Shown in pieces: positions 1-15,690 of a DNA stretch of 64,000 nucleotides. The position numbers and the translations under genes are program-made. This DNA comes from the human T2T-CHM13v2.0 reference genome, Homo sapiens. Where the stretch lies: the NCBI RefSeq assembly GCF_009914755.1, contig NC_060927.1; one strand, written 5' to 3'. Within the stretch, counting starts at the first letter, position 1. Each line of letters opens with the position of its first letter. The notes beneath the pieces are model-generated. The model was not told where the DNA came from, searched no databases, and saw only the letters and a list, made by a program, of their open reading frames with translations.

Positions 1-1047
1 ATACTGAACATATAATATCAATGTACCCCAAATATATATTTTATACTCTATATGAAATATCAAAGTTCAGAAACCATACATTAAATACTGTACATAAAAT
101 ATCAAAGTACCCAAGGTATATATTCTATACTGTACAAAAAATATCAAAGTACCCAAAGCATGTATTATATACTGTACATAAAATATGAAAGTACATCAAA
201 TATATATTTTATTCTGTACATAAAATATCAAAGTACACCAGATATATATTCTATAGTGTACATAAAATATCAAAGTACCCAAACTATACATTATATACTG
301 TACATAAAATATGAAATTACATCAAATATATATTAGGTACATAAAATATGAAAGTACATAAAATATAGATTATATACTGTACATAAAATATCAAAGTACC
401 CCAAATATATATTATATACTCTACATGAAATATCAAATTTCACAAACTATATATTATATACTGTACATAAAATATCAAAGTACCCAAGGTATATATTCTA
501 TACTGTAAAAAAAATATCAGAGTACCCAAAGCATGTATTATATACTGTATATAAAATATGAAAGTACATTAAAGATATATTTTATTCTGTACATAAAATA
601 TCAAAGTACACCAGATATATATTCTATAGTGTACATAAAATAACAATGTACACAAACTATAAATTATATACTGTACATAAAATATGAAATTACATCAAAT
701 ATATATTAGGTACATAAAATATGAAAGTACATCAAATATAGATTATATACTGTACATGTAATATCAATGTACCCCAAATATATATTTTATACTCTACATG
801 AAATATCAAAGTTCACAAACCATACATTATATACTGTACATAAAATATCAAAGTACCCAAGGTATATATTCTATACTGTACAAATAATATCAAAGTACCC
901 AAAGCATGTATTATATACTGTACATAAAACATGAAAGTACATCAAATATATATTTTATTCAGTACATAAAATATCAAAGTACACCAGATATATATTCTAT
1001 AGTGTACATAAAATATCAAAGTACCCAAACTATACATTATATACTGT

Positions 1048-1420
1048 ACATAAAATATGAAATTACATCAAATATATATTAGGTACATAAAATATGAAAG
1101 TACATCAAATATAGATTATGTACTGTACATAAAATATCAAAGTACCCCAAATATATATTATATACTCTACATGAAATATCAAAGTTCACAAACTATATAT
1201 TATATACTGTACATTAAATATCAAAGTACCCAAGGTATATATTCTATACTGTACAAAAAATATCAAAGTACCCAAAGGATGTATTATATACTGTACATAA
1301 AATATGAAAGTACATCAAATATATATTTTATTCTGTACATAAAATATCAAAGTACACCAGATATATATTCTATAGTGTACATAAAATAACAAAGTACACA
1401 AACTATACATTATATACTGT
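1048..1420 (+). repeat. Representative 373-bp HOR (5-bp deletion in M1)
   Basis: M1 reads aaatatatattaggtac instead of aaatatatattatattaggtac. The M1 marks at 1057 and 1430 are 373 apart. Confidence 0.95.
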
Positions 1421-4400
1421 AAATAAAATATGAAATTACATCAAATATATATTAGGTACATAAAATATGAAAGTACATCAAATATAGATTATATACTGTA
1501 CATAAAATATCAATGTACCCCAAATATATATTTTATACTCTACATGAAATATCAAAGTTCACAAACCATATATTATATACTGTACATAAAATATCAAAGT
1601 ACCCAAGGTATATATTCTATACTATACAAAAAATATCAAAGTACCCAAAGCATGTGTTATTTACTGTACATAAAATATGAAAGTACATCAAATATATATT
1701 TTATTCTGTACATAAAATATCAAAGTACACCAGATATATATTCTATAGTGTACATAAAATATCAAAATACCCAAACTATACATTATATACTGTACATAAA
1801 ATATGAGATTACATCACATATATATTATATTAGGTACATAAAATATGAAAGTACATCAAATATAGATTATATACTGTGCATAAAATATCAAAGTACCCCA
1901 AATATATATTATATACTCTACATGAAATATCAAAGTTCACAAACTATATATTATATACTGTACATAAAATATCAAATTACCCAAGGTATATATTCTATAC
2001 TGTACAAAAAATATCAAAGTACCCAAAGCATGTATTATATACTGTATATAAAATAAGAAAGTACATCAAATATATATTTTATTCTGTACATAATATATCA
2101 AAGTACACCAGATATATATTCTATAGTGTACATAAAATAACAAAGTACAAAAACTATAAATTATATACTGTACATAAAATATGAAATTACATCAAATATA
2201 TATTAGGTACATAAAATATGAAAGTACATCAAATATAGATTATATACTGAACATATAATATCAATGTACCCCAAATATATATTTTATACTCTACATGAAA
2301 TATCAAAGTTCAGAAACCATACATTATATACTGTACATAAAATATCAAAGTACCCAAGGTATATATTCTATACTGTACAAAAAATATCAAAGTACCCAAA
2401 GCATGTATTATATACTGTACATAAAATATGAAAATACATCAAATATATATTTTATTCTGTACATAAAATATCAAAGTACACCAGATATATATTCTATAGT
2501 GTACATAAAATATCAAAGTACCCAAACTATACATTATATACTGTACATAAAATATGAAATTACATCAAATATATATTAGGTACATAAAATATGAAAGTAC
2601 ATCAAGTATAGATTATATACTGTACATAAAATATCAATGTACCCCAAATATATATTTTATACTCTACATGAAATATCAAAGTTCACAAACCATATATTAT
2701 ATACTGTACATAAAGTATCAAAGTACCCAAGGTATATATTCTATACTATACAAAAAATATCAAAGTACCCAAAGCATGTATTATACACTGTACATAAAAT
2801 ATGAAAGTACATCAAATATATATTTTATTCTGTACATAAAATATCAAAGTACACTAGATATATATTCTATAGTGTACATAAAATATCAAAATACCCAAAC
2901 TATACATTATATACTGTACATAAAATACGAGATTACATCAAATATATATTATATTAGGTACATAAAATATGAAAGTACATCAAATATAGATAATATACTG
3001 TACATAAAATATCAAAGTACCCCGAATATATATTATATACTCTACATGAAATATCAAAGTTCACAAACTATATATTATATACTGTACATAAAATATCAAA
3101 GTACCCAAGGTATATATTCTATACTGTACAAAAGATATCAAAGTACCCAAAGCATGTATTATATACTGTATATAAAATATGAAAGTACATTAAATATATA
3201 TTTTATTCTGTACATAAAATATCAAAGTACACCAGATATATATTCTATAGTGTACATAAAATAACAAAGTACACAAACTATAAATTATATACTGTACATA
3301 AAATATGAAATTACATCAAATATATATTAGGTACATAAAATATGAAAGTACATCAAATATAGATTATATACTGAACATATAATATCAATGTACCCCAAAT
3401 ATATATTTGATACTCTACATGAAATATCAAAGTTCAGAAACCATACATTATATACTGTACATAAAATATCAAAGTACCCAAGGTATATATTCTATACTGT
3501 ACAAAAAATATCAAAGTACCCAAAGCATGTATTATATACTGTACATAATATATGAAAGTACATCAAATATATATTTTATTCTGTACATAAAATATCAAAG
3601 TACACCAGATATATATTCTATAGTGTACATAAAATATCAAAGAACCCAAACTGTACATTATATACTGTACATAAAATATGAAATTACATCAAATATATAT
3701 TAGGTACATAAAATATGAAAGTACATCAAGTATAGATTATATACTGTACATAAAATATCAAAGTACCCCAAATATATATTATATACTCTACATGAAATAT
3801 CAAAGTTCACAAACTATATATTATATACTGTACATAAAATATCAAAGTACCCAAGGTATATATTCTATACTGTACAAAAAATATCAAGGTACCCAAAGCA
3901 TGTATTATATACTGTACATAAAATATGAAAGTACATCAAATATATATTTTATTCTGTACATAAAATATCAAAGTACACCAGATATATATTCTATAGTGTA
4001 CATAAAATAACAAAGTACACAAACTATACATTATATACTGTACATAAAATATGAAATTACATCAAATATATATTAGGTACATAAAATATGAAAGAACATC
4101 AAACATAGATTATATACTGTACAAAAAATATCAAAGTACCCCAAATATATATTATATACTCTACATGAAATATCAAAGTTCACAAACTATATATTATATA
4201 CTGTACATAAAATATCAAAGTACCCAAGGTATATATTCTATACTGTACAAAAAATATCAAAGTACCCAAAGCATGTATTATATACTGTATATAAAATATG
4301 AAAGTACATCAAATATATATTTTATTCTGTACATAAAATATCAAAGTACACCAGATATATATTCTATAGTGTACATAAAATAACAAAGTACACAAACTAT

Positions 4401-6284
4401 AAATTATATACTGTACATAAAATATGAAATTACATCAAATATATATTAGGTACATAAAATCTGAAAGTACATCAAATATAGATTATATACTGTACATATA
4501 ATATGAATGTACCTGAAATATATATTTTATACTCTACATGAAATATCAAAGTTCACAAACCATATATTAAATACTGTACATAAAATATCAAAGTACCCAA
4601 GGTATATATTCTATACTGTACAAAAAATATCAAAGTACCCAAAGCATGTATTATATACTGTACATAAAATATGAAATTACATCAAATATATATTTTATTC
4701 TGTACATAAAATATCAAAGTACACCAGATATATATTCTATAGTGTACATAAAATATCAAACTACCCAAACTATACATTATATACTGTACATAAAATATGA
4801 AATTACATCAAATATATATTATATTAGGTACATAAAATATGAAAGTACATCAAATATAGATTATATACTGTACATTAAATACCAATGTACCCCAAATATA
4901 TATTTTATACTGTACTTGAAATATCAAAGTTCACACACTATATATTATATACTGTACATAAAATATCAAAGTACCCAAGGTATATATTCTATACTGTACA
5001 AAAAACATCAAAGTACCCAAAGCATGTATTATATACTGTACATAAAATATGAAAGTACATTAAAGATATATTTTATTCTGTACATAAAATATCAAAGTAC
5101 ACCAGATATATATTCTATAGTGTACATAAAATAACAAAGTACGCAAACTATAAATTATATACTGTACATAAAATATGAAATTACATCAAATATATATTAG
5201 GTACATAAAATATGAAAGTACATCAAATATAGATTATATACTGAACCTATAATATCAATGTACCCCAAATATATATTTTATACTCTACATGAAATATCAA
5301 AGTTCAGAAACCATACATTATATACTGTACATAAAATATCAAAGTACCCAAGGTATATATTCTATAATGTACAAAAAATATCAAAGTACCCAAAGCATGT
5401 ATTATATACTGTACATAAAATATGAAAGTACATCAAATATATATTTTATTCTGTACATAAAATATCAAAGTACACCAGATATATATTCTATAGTGTACAT
5501 AAAATAGCAAAGTACCCAAACTATACATTATATACTGTACATAAAATATGAAATTACATCAAATATATATTAGGTACATAAAATATGAAAGTACATCAAA
5601 TATAGATTATATACTGTACATAAAATATCAAAGTACCCCAAATATATATTATATACTCTACATGAAATATCAAATTTCACAAACTATATATTATATACTG
5701 TACATAAAATATCAAAGTACCCAAGGTATATATTCTATACTGTACAAAAAATATCAAAGTACCCAAAGCATGTATTATATACTGTATATAAAATATGAAA
5801 GTACATTAAAGATATATTTTATTCTGTACATAAAATATCAAAGTACACCAGATATATATTCTATAGTGTACATAAAATAACAAAGTACACAAACTATAAA
5901 TTATATACTGTACATAAAATATGAAATTACATCAAATATATATTAGGTACATAAAATATGAAAGTACATCAAATATAGATTATATACTGTACATGTAATA
6001 TCAATGTACCCCAAATATATATTTTATACTCTACATGAAATATCAAAGTTCAAAAACCATACATTATATACTGTACATAAAATATCAAAGTACCCAAGGT
6101 ATATATTCTATACTGTACAAAAAATATCAAAGTACCCAAAGCATGTATTATATACTGTACATAAAATATGAAAGTACATCAAATATATATTTTATTCTGT
6201 ACATAAAATATCAAAGTACACCAGATATATATTCTATAGTGTACATAAAATATCAAAGTACCCAAACTATATATTATATACTGT

Positions 6285-9280
6285 ACATAAAATATGAAAT
6301 TACATCAAATATATATTAGGTACATAAAATATGAAAGTACATCAAATATAGATTATATACTGTACATAAAATATCAAAGTACCCCAAATATATATTATAT
6401 ACTGTACATGAAATATCAAAGTTCACAAACTATATATTATATACTGTACATAAAATATCAAAGTACCCAAGGTATATATTCTATACTGTACAAAAAATAT
6501 CAAATTACCCAAAGGATGTATTATATACTATACATAAAATATGAAAGTACATCAAATATATATTTTATTCTGTACATAAAACATCAAAGTACACCAGATA
6601 TATATTCTATAGTGTACATAAAATAACAAAGTGCACAAACTATACATTATATACTGTACATAAAATATGAAATTACATCAAATACATATTAGGTACATAA
6701 AATATGAAAGTACATCAAATATAGATTATATACTGTACATGTAATATCAATGTACCCCAAATATATATTTTATACTCTACATGAAATATCAAAGTTCACA
6801 AACCATACATTATATACTGTACATAAAATATCAAAGTACCCAAGGTATATATTCTATACTGTACAAAAAATATCAAAGTACCCAAAGCATGTATTATATA
6901 CTGTACATAAAATATGAAAGTACATCAAATATATATTTTATTCTGTACATAAAATATCAAAGTACACCAGATATATATTCTATAGTGTACATAAAATAAC
7001 AAAGTGCACAAACTATACATTATATACTGTACATAAAATATGAAATTACATCAAATATATATTAGGTACATAAAATATGAACGTACATCAAATATAGATT
7101 ATATACTGTACATAAAATATCAATGTACCCCAAATATATATTTTATACTCTACATGAAATATCAAAGTTCACAAACCATATATTATATACTGTACATAAA
7201 ATATCAAAGTACCCAAGGTATATATTCTATACTATACAAAAAATATCAAAGTACCCAAAACATGTATTATATACTGTACATAAAATATGAAAGTACATCA
7301 AATATATATTTTATTTTGTACATAAAATATCAAAGTACACCAGATATATATTCTATAGTGTACATAAAATATCAAAGTACCCAAACTATACATTATATAC
7401 TATACATAAAATATGAGATTACATCAAATATATATTATATTAGGTAGATAAAATATGAAAGTACATCAAATATAGATTATTTACTGTACATAAAATATCA
7501 AAGTACCCCAAATATATATTATATACTCTACATGAAATATCAAAGTTCACAAACTATTATTATATACTGTACATAAAATATCAAAGTACCCAAGGTATAT
7601 ATTCTATACTGTACAAAAGATATCAAAGTACCCAAATCATGTATTATATATTGTATATAAAATATGAAAGTACATTAAATATATATTTTATTCCGTACAT
7701 AAAATATCAAAGTACACCAGATATATATTCTATAGTGTACATAAAATAACAAAGTACACAAACTATAAATTATATACTGTACATAAAATATGAAATTACA
7801 TCAAATATATATTAGGTACATAAAATATGAAAGTACATCAAATATAGATTATATACTGTACATAAAATATCAAAGTACCCCAAATATATATTATATACTG
7901 TACATGAAATATCAAAGTTCACAAACTATATATTATATACTGTACATAAAATATCAAAGTACCCAAGGTATATATTCTATACTGTACAAAAAATATCAAA
8001 GTACCCAAAGGATGTATTATATACTGTACATAAAATATGAAAGTACATCAAATATATACTTTATTCTGTACATAAAATATCAAAGTACACCAGATATATA
8101 TTCTATAGTGTACATAAAATAACAAAGTGCACAAACTATACATTATATACTGTACATAAAATATGAAATTACATCAAATACATATTAGGTACATAAAATA
8201 TGAAAGTACATCAAATATAGATTATATACTGTACATGTAATATCAATGTACCCCAAATATATATTTTATACTCTACATAAAATATCAAAGTTCACAAACC
8301 ATACATTATATACTGTACTTAAAATATCAAAGTACCCAAGGTATATATTCTATACTGTACAAAAAATATCAAAGTACCCAAAGCATGTATTATATACTGT
8401 ACATAAAATATGAAAGTACATCAAATATATATTTTATTCTGTACATAAAATATCAAAGTACACCAGATATATATTCTATAGTGTACATAAAATAACAAAG
8501 TGCACAAACTATACATTATATACTGTACATAAAATATGAAATTACATCAAATATATATTAGGTACATAAAATATGAACATACATCAAATATAGATTATAT
8601 ACTGTACATAAAATATCAATGTACCCCAAATATATATTTTATACTCTACATGAAATATCAAAGTTCACAAACCATATATTATATACTGTACATAAAATAT
8701 CAAAGTACCCAAGGTATATATTCTATACTATACAAAAAATATCAAAGTACCCAAAACATGTATTATATACTGTACATAAAATATGAAAGTACATCAAATA
8801 TATATTTTATTTTGTACATAAAATATCAAAGTACACCAGATATATATTCTATAGTGTACATAAAATATCAAAGTACCCAAACTATACATTATATACTATA
8901 CATAAAATATGAGATTACATCAAATATATATTATATTAGGTACATAAAATATGAAAGTACATCAAATATAGATTATATACTGTACATAAAATATCAAAGT
9001 ACCCCAAATATATATTATATACTCTACATGAAATATCAAAGTTCACAAACTATTATTATATACTGTACATAAAATATCAAAGTACCCAAGTTATATATTC
9101 TATACTGTACAAAAGATATCAAAGTACCCAAATCATGTATTATATACTGTATATAAAATATGAAAGTACATTAAATATATATTTTATTCTGTACATAAAA
9201 TATCAAAGTACACCAGATATATATTCTATAGTGTACATAAAATAACAAAGTACAAAAACTATAAATTATATACTGTACAT
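6285..9280 (+). repeat. Tandem duplication of a 1496-bp (4-HOR) block
   Basis: Offsets 6294/7790 and 7040/8536 are both 1496. Shared markers: aaaggatg, gtgcacaaa, aatacatatt, cccaaaacatg, ttattttgta, the 1-bp deletion aaactattat, and cccaaatcatg. Confidence 0.85.
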
Positions 9281-12200
9281 AAAATATGAAATTACACCAA
9301 ATATATATTAGGTACATAAAATATGAAAGTACATCAAATATAGATTATATACTGTACATATAATATCAATGTACCCCAAATATATATTTTATACTCTACA
9401 TGAAATATCAAAGTTCACAAACCATATATTATATACTGTACATAAAATATCAAAGTACCCAAGGTATATATTCTATACTATTCAAAAAATATCAAAGTAA
9501 CCAAAGCATGTATTATATACTGTATATAAAATATGAAAGTACATCAAATATATATTTTATTCTGTACATAAAATATCAAAGTACACCAGATATATATTCT
9601 ATAGTGTACATAAAATATCAAAGTACCCAAACTATACATTACATACTGTACATAAAATATGAAATTACATCAAATATATATTATATTAGGTACATAAAAT
9701 ATGAAAGTACATCAAATATAGATTATATACTGTACATAAAATATCAAAGTACCCCAAATATATATTATATACTCTACATGAAATATCAAAGTTCACAAAC
9801 TATATATTATATACTGTACATAAAATAAAGTACCCAAGGTACATATTCTATACTGTACAAAAAATATCAAAGTACCCAAAGCATGTATTATATACTGTAT
9901 ATAAAATATGAAATTACATCAAATATATATTTTATTCTGTACGTAAAATATCAAAGTACACCAGATATATATTCTATAGTGTACATAAAATAACAAAGTA
10001 CAAAAACTATAAATTATATACTGTACATAAAATATGAAATTACATCAAATATATATTAGGTACATAAAATATGAAAGTACATCAAATATAGATTATGTAC
10101 TGTACATTAAATACCAAAGTACCCCAAATATATATTTTATACTGTACATGAAATATCAAAGTTCACAAACTATATATTATATACTGTACATAAAATATCA
10201 AAGTACCCAAGGTATATATTCTATACTGTACAAAAGATATCAACGTACCCAAAGCATGTATTATATACTGTACATAAAATATGAAAGTACATCAAATATA
10301 TATTTTATTCTGTACATAAAATATCAAAGTACACCAGATATATATTCTATAGTGTACATAAAATAACAAAGTACACAAACTATACATTATATACTGTACA
10401 TAAAATATGAAATTACATCAAATATATATTATGTACATAAAATATGAAAGTACATCAAATATAGATTATATACTGAACATATAATATCAATGTACCCCAA
10501 ATATATATTTTATACTCTATATGAAATATCAAAGTTCAGAAACCATACATTATATACTGTACATAAAATATCAAAGTACCCAAGGTATATATTCTATACT
10601 GTACAAAAAATATCAAAGTACCCAAAGCATGTATTATATACTGTACATAAAATATGAAAGTACATCAAATATATATTTTATTCTGTACATAAAATATCAA
10701 AGTACACCAGATATATATTCTATAGTGTACATAAAATATCAAAGTACCCAAACTATACATTATATACTGTATATAAAATATGAAATTACATCAAATATAT
10801 ATTAGGTACATAAAATATGAAAGTACATAAAATATAGATTATATACTGTACATAAAATATCAAAGTACCCGAAATATATATTATATACTCTACATGAAAT
10901 ATCAAATTTCACAAACTATATATTATATACTGTACATAAAATATCAAAGTACCCAAGGTATATATTCTATACTGTAAAAAAAATATCAGAGTACCCAAAG
11001 CATGTATTATATACTGTATATAAAATATGAAAGTACATTAAAGATATATTTTATTCTGTACATAAAATATCAAAGTACACCAGATATATATTCTATAGTG
11101 TACATAAAATAACAATGTACACAAACTATAAATTATATACTGTACATAAAATATGAAATTACATCAAATATATATTAGGTACATAAAATATGAAAGTACA
11201 TCAAATATAGATTATATACTGTACATGTAATATCAATGTACCCCAAATATATATTTTATACTCTACATGAAATATCAAAGTTCACAAACCATACATTATA
11301 TACTGTACATAAAATATCAAAGTACCCAAGGTATATATTCTATACTGTACAAATAATATCAAAGTACCCAAAGCATGTATTATATACTGTACATAAAATA
11401 TGAAAGTACATCAAATATATATTTTATTCAGTACATAAAATATCAAAGTACACCAGATATATATTCTATAGTGTACATAAAATATCAAAGTACCCAAACT
11501 ATACATTATATACTGTACATAAAATATGAAATTACATCAAATATATATTAGGTACATAAAATATGAAAGTACATCAAATATAGATTATATACTGTACATA
11601 AAATATCAAAGTACCCCAAATATATATTATATACTCTACATGAAATATCAAATTTCACAAACTATATATTATATACTGTACATAAAATATCAAAGTACCC
11701 AAGGTATATATTCTATACTGTACAAAAAATATCAAAGTACCCAAAGCATGTATTATATACTGTATATAAAATATGAAAGTACATTAAAGATATATTTTAT
11801 TCTGTACATAAAATATCAAAGTACACCAGATATATATTCTATAGTGTACATAAAATAACAAAGTACACAAACTATAAATTATATACTGTACATAAAATAT
11901 GAAATTACATCAAATATATATTAGGTACATAATATATGAAAGTACATCAAATATAGATTATATACTGTACATAAAATATCAATGTACCCCAAATATATAT
12001 TTTATACTCTACATGAAATATCAAAGTTCACAAACCATATATTATATACTGTACATAAAATATCAAAGTACCCAAGGCATATATTCTATACTATACAAAA
12101 AATATCAAAGTACCCAAAGCATGTATTATATACTGTACATAAAATATGAAAGTACATCAAATATATATTTTATTCTGTACATAAAATATCAAAGTACACT

Positions 12201-15200
12201 AGATATATATTCTATAGTGTACATAAAATATCAAAATACCCAAACTATACATTATATACTGTACATAAAATACGAGATTACATCAAATATATATTATATT
12301 AGGTACATAAAATATGAAAGTACATCAAATATAGATTATATACTGTACATAAAATATCAAAGTACCCCGAATATATATTATATACTCTACATGAAATATC
12401 AAAGTTCACAAACTATATATTATATACTGTACATAAAATATCAAAGTACCCAAGGTATATATTCTATACTGTACAAAAGATATCAAAGTACCCAAAGCAT
12501 GTATTATATACTGTATATAAAATATGAAAGTACATTAAATATATATTTTATTCTGTTCATAAAATATCAAAGTACACCAGATATATATTCTATAGTGTAC
12601 ATAAAATAACAAAGTACACAAACTATAAATTATATACTGTACATAAAATATGAAATTACATCAAATATATATTAGGTACATAAAATATGAAAGTACATCA
12701 AATATAGATTATATACTGAACATATAATATCAATGTACCCCAAATATATATTTGATACTCTACATGAAATATCAAAGTTCAGAAACCATACATTATATAC
12801 TGTACATAAAATATCAAAGTACCCAAGGTATATATTCTATACTGTACAAAAAATATCAAAGTACCCAAAGCATGTATTATATACTGTACATAAAATATGA
12901 AAGTACATCAAATATATATTTTATTCTGTACATAAAATATCAAAGTACACCAGATATATATTCTATAGTGTACATAAAATATCAAAATACCCAAACTATA
13001 CATTATATACTGTACATAAAATATGAAATTACATCAAATATATATTATATTAGGTACATAAAATATGAAAGTACATCAAATATAGATTATATACTGTACA
13101 TTAAATACCAAAGTACCCCAAATATATATTTTATACTGTACGTGAATATCAAAGTTCACAAACTATATATTATATACTGTACATAAAATATCAAAGTACC
13201 CAAGGTATATATTCTATACTGTAGAAAAAATATCAAAGTACCCAATGCATGTATTATATACTGTACCTAAAATATGAAAGTACATTAAATATATATTTTA
13301 TTCTGTACATAAAATATCAAAGTACACCAGATATATATTCTATAGTGTACATAAAATAACAAAGTACAAAAACTATAAATTATATACTGTACATAAAATA
13401 TGAAATTACACCAAATATATATTAGGTACATGAAATATGAAAGTACATCAAATATAGATTATATACTGTACATATAATATCAATGTACCCCAAATATATA
13501 TTTTATACTCTACATGAAATATCAAAGTTCACAAACCATATATTATATACTGTACATAAAATATCAAAGTACCCAAGGTATATATTCTATACTATTCAAA
13601 AAATATCAAAGTAACCAAAGCATGTATTATATACTGTACATAAAATATGAAAGTACATCAAATATATATTTTATTCTGTACATAAAATATCAAAGTACAC
13701 CAGATATATATTCTATAGTGTACATAAAATATCAAAGTACCCAAACTATACATTACATACTGTACATAAAATATGAAATTACATCAAATATATATTATAT
13801 TAGGTACATAAAATATGAAAGTACATCAAATATAGATTATATACTGTACATAAAATATCAAAGTACCCCAAATATATATTATATACTCTACATGAGATAT
13901 CAAAGTTCACAAACTATATATTATATACTGTACATAAAATAAAGTACCCAAGGTACATATTCTATACTATACAAAAAATATCAAAGTACCCAAAGCATGT
14001 ATTATATACTGTATATAAAATATGAAATTACATCAAATATATATTTTATTCTGTACGTAAAATATCAAAGTACACCAGATATATATTCTATAGTGTACAT
14101 AAAATAACAAAGTACAAAAACTATAAATTATATACTGTACATAAAATATGAAATTACATCAAATATATATTAGGTACATAAAATATGAAAGTACATCAAA
14201 TATAGATTATATACTGTACATTAAATACCAAAGTACCCCAAATATATATTTTATACTGTACATGAAATATCAAAGTTCACAAACTATATATTATATACTG
14301 TACATAAAATATCAAAGTACCCAAGGTATATATTCTATACTGTACAAAAGATATCAACGTACCCAAAGCAAGTATTATATACTGTACATAAAATATGAAA
14401 GTACATCAAATATATATTTTATTCTGTACATAAAATATCAAAGTACACCAGATATATATTCTATAGTGTACATAAAATAACAAAGTACACAAACTATACA
14501 TTATATACTGTACATAAAATATGAAATTACATCAAATATATATTATGTACATAAAATATGAAAGTACATCAAATATAGATTATATACTGAACATATAATA
14601 TCAATGTACCCCAAATATATATTTTATACTCTATATGAAATATCAAAGTTCAGAAACCATACATTATATACTGTACATAAAATATCAAAGTACCCAAGGT
14701 ATATATTCTATACTGTACAAAAAATATCAAAGTACCCAAAGCATGTATTATATACTGTACATAAAATATGAAAGTACATCAAATATATATTTTATTCTGG
14801 ACATAAAATATCAAAGTACACCAGATATATATTCTATAGTGTACATAAAATATCAAAGTACCCAAACTATACATTATATACTGTACATAAAATATGAAAT
14901 TACATCAAATATATATTAGGTACATAAAATATGAAAGTACATAAAATATAGATTATATACTGTACATAAAATATCAAAGTACCGCAAATATATATTATAT
15001 ACTCTACATGAAATATCAAATTTCACAAACTATATATTATATACTGTACATAAAATATCAAAGTACCCAAGGTATATATTCTATACTGTAAAAAAAATAT
15101 CAGAGTACCCAAAGCATGTATTATATACTGTATATAAAATATGAAAGTACATTAAAGATATATTTTATTCTGTACATAAAATATCAAAGTACACCAGATA

Positions 15201-15690
15201 TATATTCTATAGTGTACATAAAATAACAATGTACACAAACTATAAATTATATACTGTACATAAAATATGAAATTACATCAAATATATATTAGGTACATAA
15301 AATATGAAAGTACATCAAATATAGATTATATACTGTACATGTAATATCAATGTACCCCAAATATATATTTTATACTCTACATGAAATATCAAAGTTCACA
15401 AACCATACATTATATACTGTACATAAAATATCAAAGTACCCAAGGTATATATTCTATACTGTACAAATAATATCAAAGTACCCAAAGCATGTATTATATA
15501 CTGTACATAAAACATGAAAGTACATCAAATATATATTTTATTCAGTACATAAAATATCAAAGTACACCAGATATATATTCTATAGTGTACATAAAATATC
15601 AAAGTACCCAAACTATACATTATATACTGTACATAAAATATGAAATTACATCAAATATATATTAGGTACATAAAATATGAAAGTACATCA
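9160..15690 (+). repeat. Duplication with 4114-bp offset (~9160-11580 vs ~13275-15690)
   Basis: Offsets 9400/13514, 10034/14148 and 10521/14635 are all 4114. Shared markers: attacaccaa, ctattcaaaa, gtaaccaaag, aaaataaagtac (2-bp deletion), acgtaaaa, caacgtaccc, attatgtacat. Confidence 0.85.
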
